NCBI RefSeq assembly: GCF_006345805.1
Contig: NC_043005.1
Span: forward strand, 74,586,001 to 74,650,000
Length of the DNA stretch: 64,000 nucleotides
Source of the DNA: Octopus sinensis
Taxonomy: Eukaryota
Direction of reading: 5' to 3'
Shown one piece after another: positions 63,053 to 64,000 of this stretch (positions within the stretch are counted from its first letter, which is position 1; the number at the start of each line of letters is the position of its first letter). The translations under genes and the position numbers were made by a program. The notes below the pieces were generated by a model. The model saw only the letters and a list, made by a program, of their open reading frames with translations. It was not told where the DNA came from and made no database searches.

Positions 63053-64000
63053 GTCAAGTATTGGCTTCTTCCAGTTTGTTTCAAATGTTCCCCTTTGTTC
63101 ATACTCGTCGCCTGTTATGTTAGACACTCATAATTTTTGAGAAAATTTATTATGATAAAACAAAAGCCGCGAAGGAGAATTCATCTTGTACGTCCTTCTA
63201 ACTGTCTTTTGTTTTTCTTAATGTGAAGCTGCATTAATGGATAGAAGACATTTATTACCCAACTGATAAATCTCGCATGTGTAAAAATATTCAAAACATA
63301 ACTAATAATTTTATGAGGGCGTCGAGAACGCTTACACCTTAGATAAACACCTTAATTTTGTTACGCTGGCTGTATGGCTATTATTTGGCTGCTATTAAAT
63401 TTAGCTGCGTGTTGTCCCATAATAAATCAATTATGAAAATTGTTGAAATAACATTTTTTATTATATCGAAGTAAATTACGATAATTACATAATGACATCA
63501 CCGCTTGCCAGGAGCATTATATAGTGCGTTGGTACCGAACGTAACTCTAATTAAATAGTTAACAATAGAGATTAGCTTCGAATGAGAGGCGGGCATAACG
63601 ATTGTCCTTCCTAGTTGAAGAATTCCTTTTAACACGGAATTGAACTTCAGTCAAGGAAAACTTGTCGAGGTAAGGGCTTGTAGCTTGTGTGCTATCGAAG
63701 TCTACTGCTCTCTAATTTGCTCATACAACGACAAAAGCATGGAAACTTCGCAGAACATTCAATAACGTAGGGTGATGTTTCTACAAGCCGATTAATCGGT
63801 AACCGGTGTACACCGCTTAACTCTAGTGTGGACTAAGCTCAGCTATCAAAGCTATGAGGTTTCCATTCTAGGCCTCGCTACAATTTGGAATTTTGAATCT
63901 TAATAACGTTTTGATCCTGTTACTCGCTACATTTTTTTCTTTTGCAATACAGAAACGCGGTAAGTTTAACATAGATAATCCTCCCCAAGGTTTGAAATTC

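Overview
AT-rich, repeat-dense eukaryotic genomic DNA. The SINE families and microsatellites look like those of an octopus (recognised from memory, not searched). One protein-coding gene can be assembled by hand on the minus strand from ATG at 45441 to at least 8807. It has 14 exons with canonical GT-AG sites and consistent phases, giving 1970 nt or about 656 aa. Its architecture is signal peptide, EMI, five EGF-like repeats, a short linker, VWD, C8, TIL and the start of an E module, so it belongs to the vWF/SCO-spondin/hemolectin/otogelin family. Its 3' continuation (candidate exons at 8.2, 6.9 and 5.7 kb) is unresolved and probably runs off the left edge. The rest is SINEs, several MITE families, decayed LINE fragments (CR1-, RTE- and R4-type) and microsatellites. 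The most unusual non-coding signals are: (i) several unrelated short element families carrying minimal type I hammerhead-ribozyme motifs, mostly as inverted pairs or near-perfect palindromes, as expected for Penelope-like or retrozyme-like elements; (ii) a 282-bp TIR element with a 19-bp target-site duplication; (iii) a SINE flanked by 94-bp direct repeats; (iv) a near-identical 1.37-kb tandem duplication bounded by (GT)n; (v) a sharp CpG-depletion boundary near 35.5 kb. Almost all ORFs in the supplied track are repeat-derived noise. Repeat coordinates are hand-counted and may be off by a few bases.
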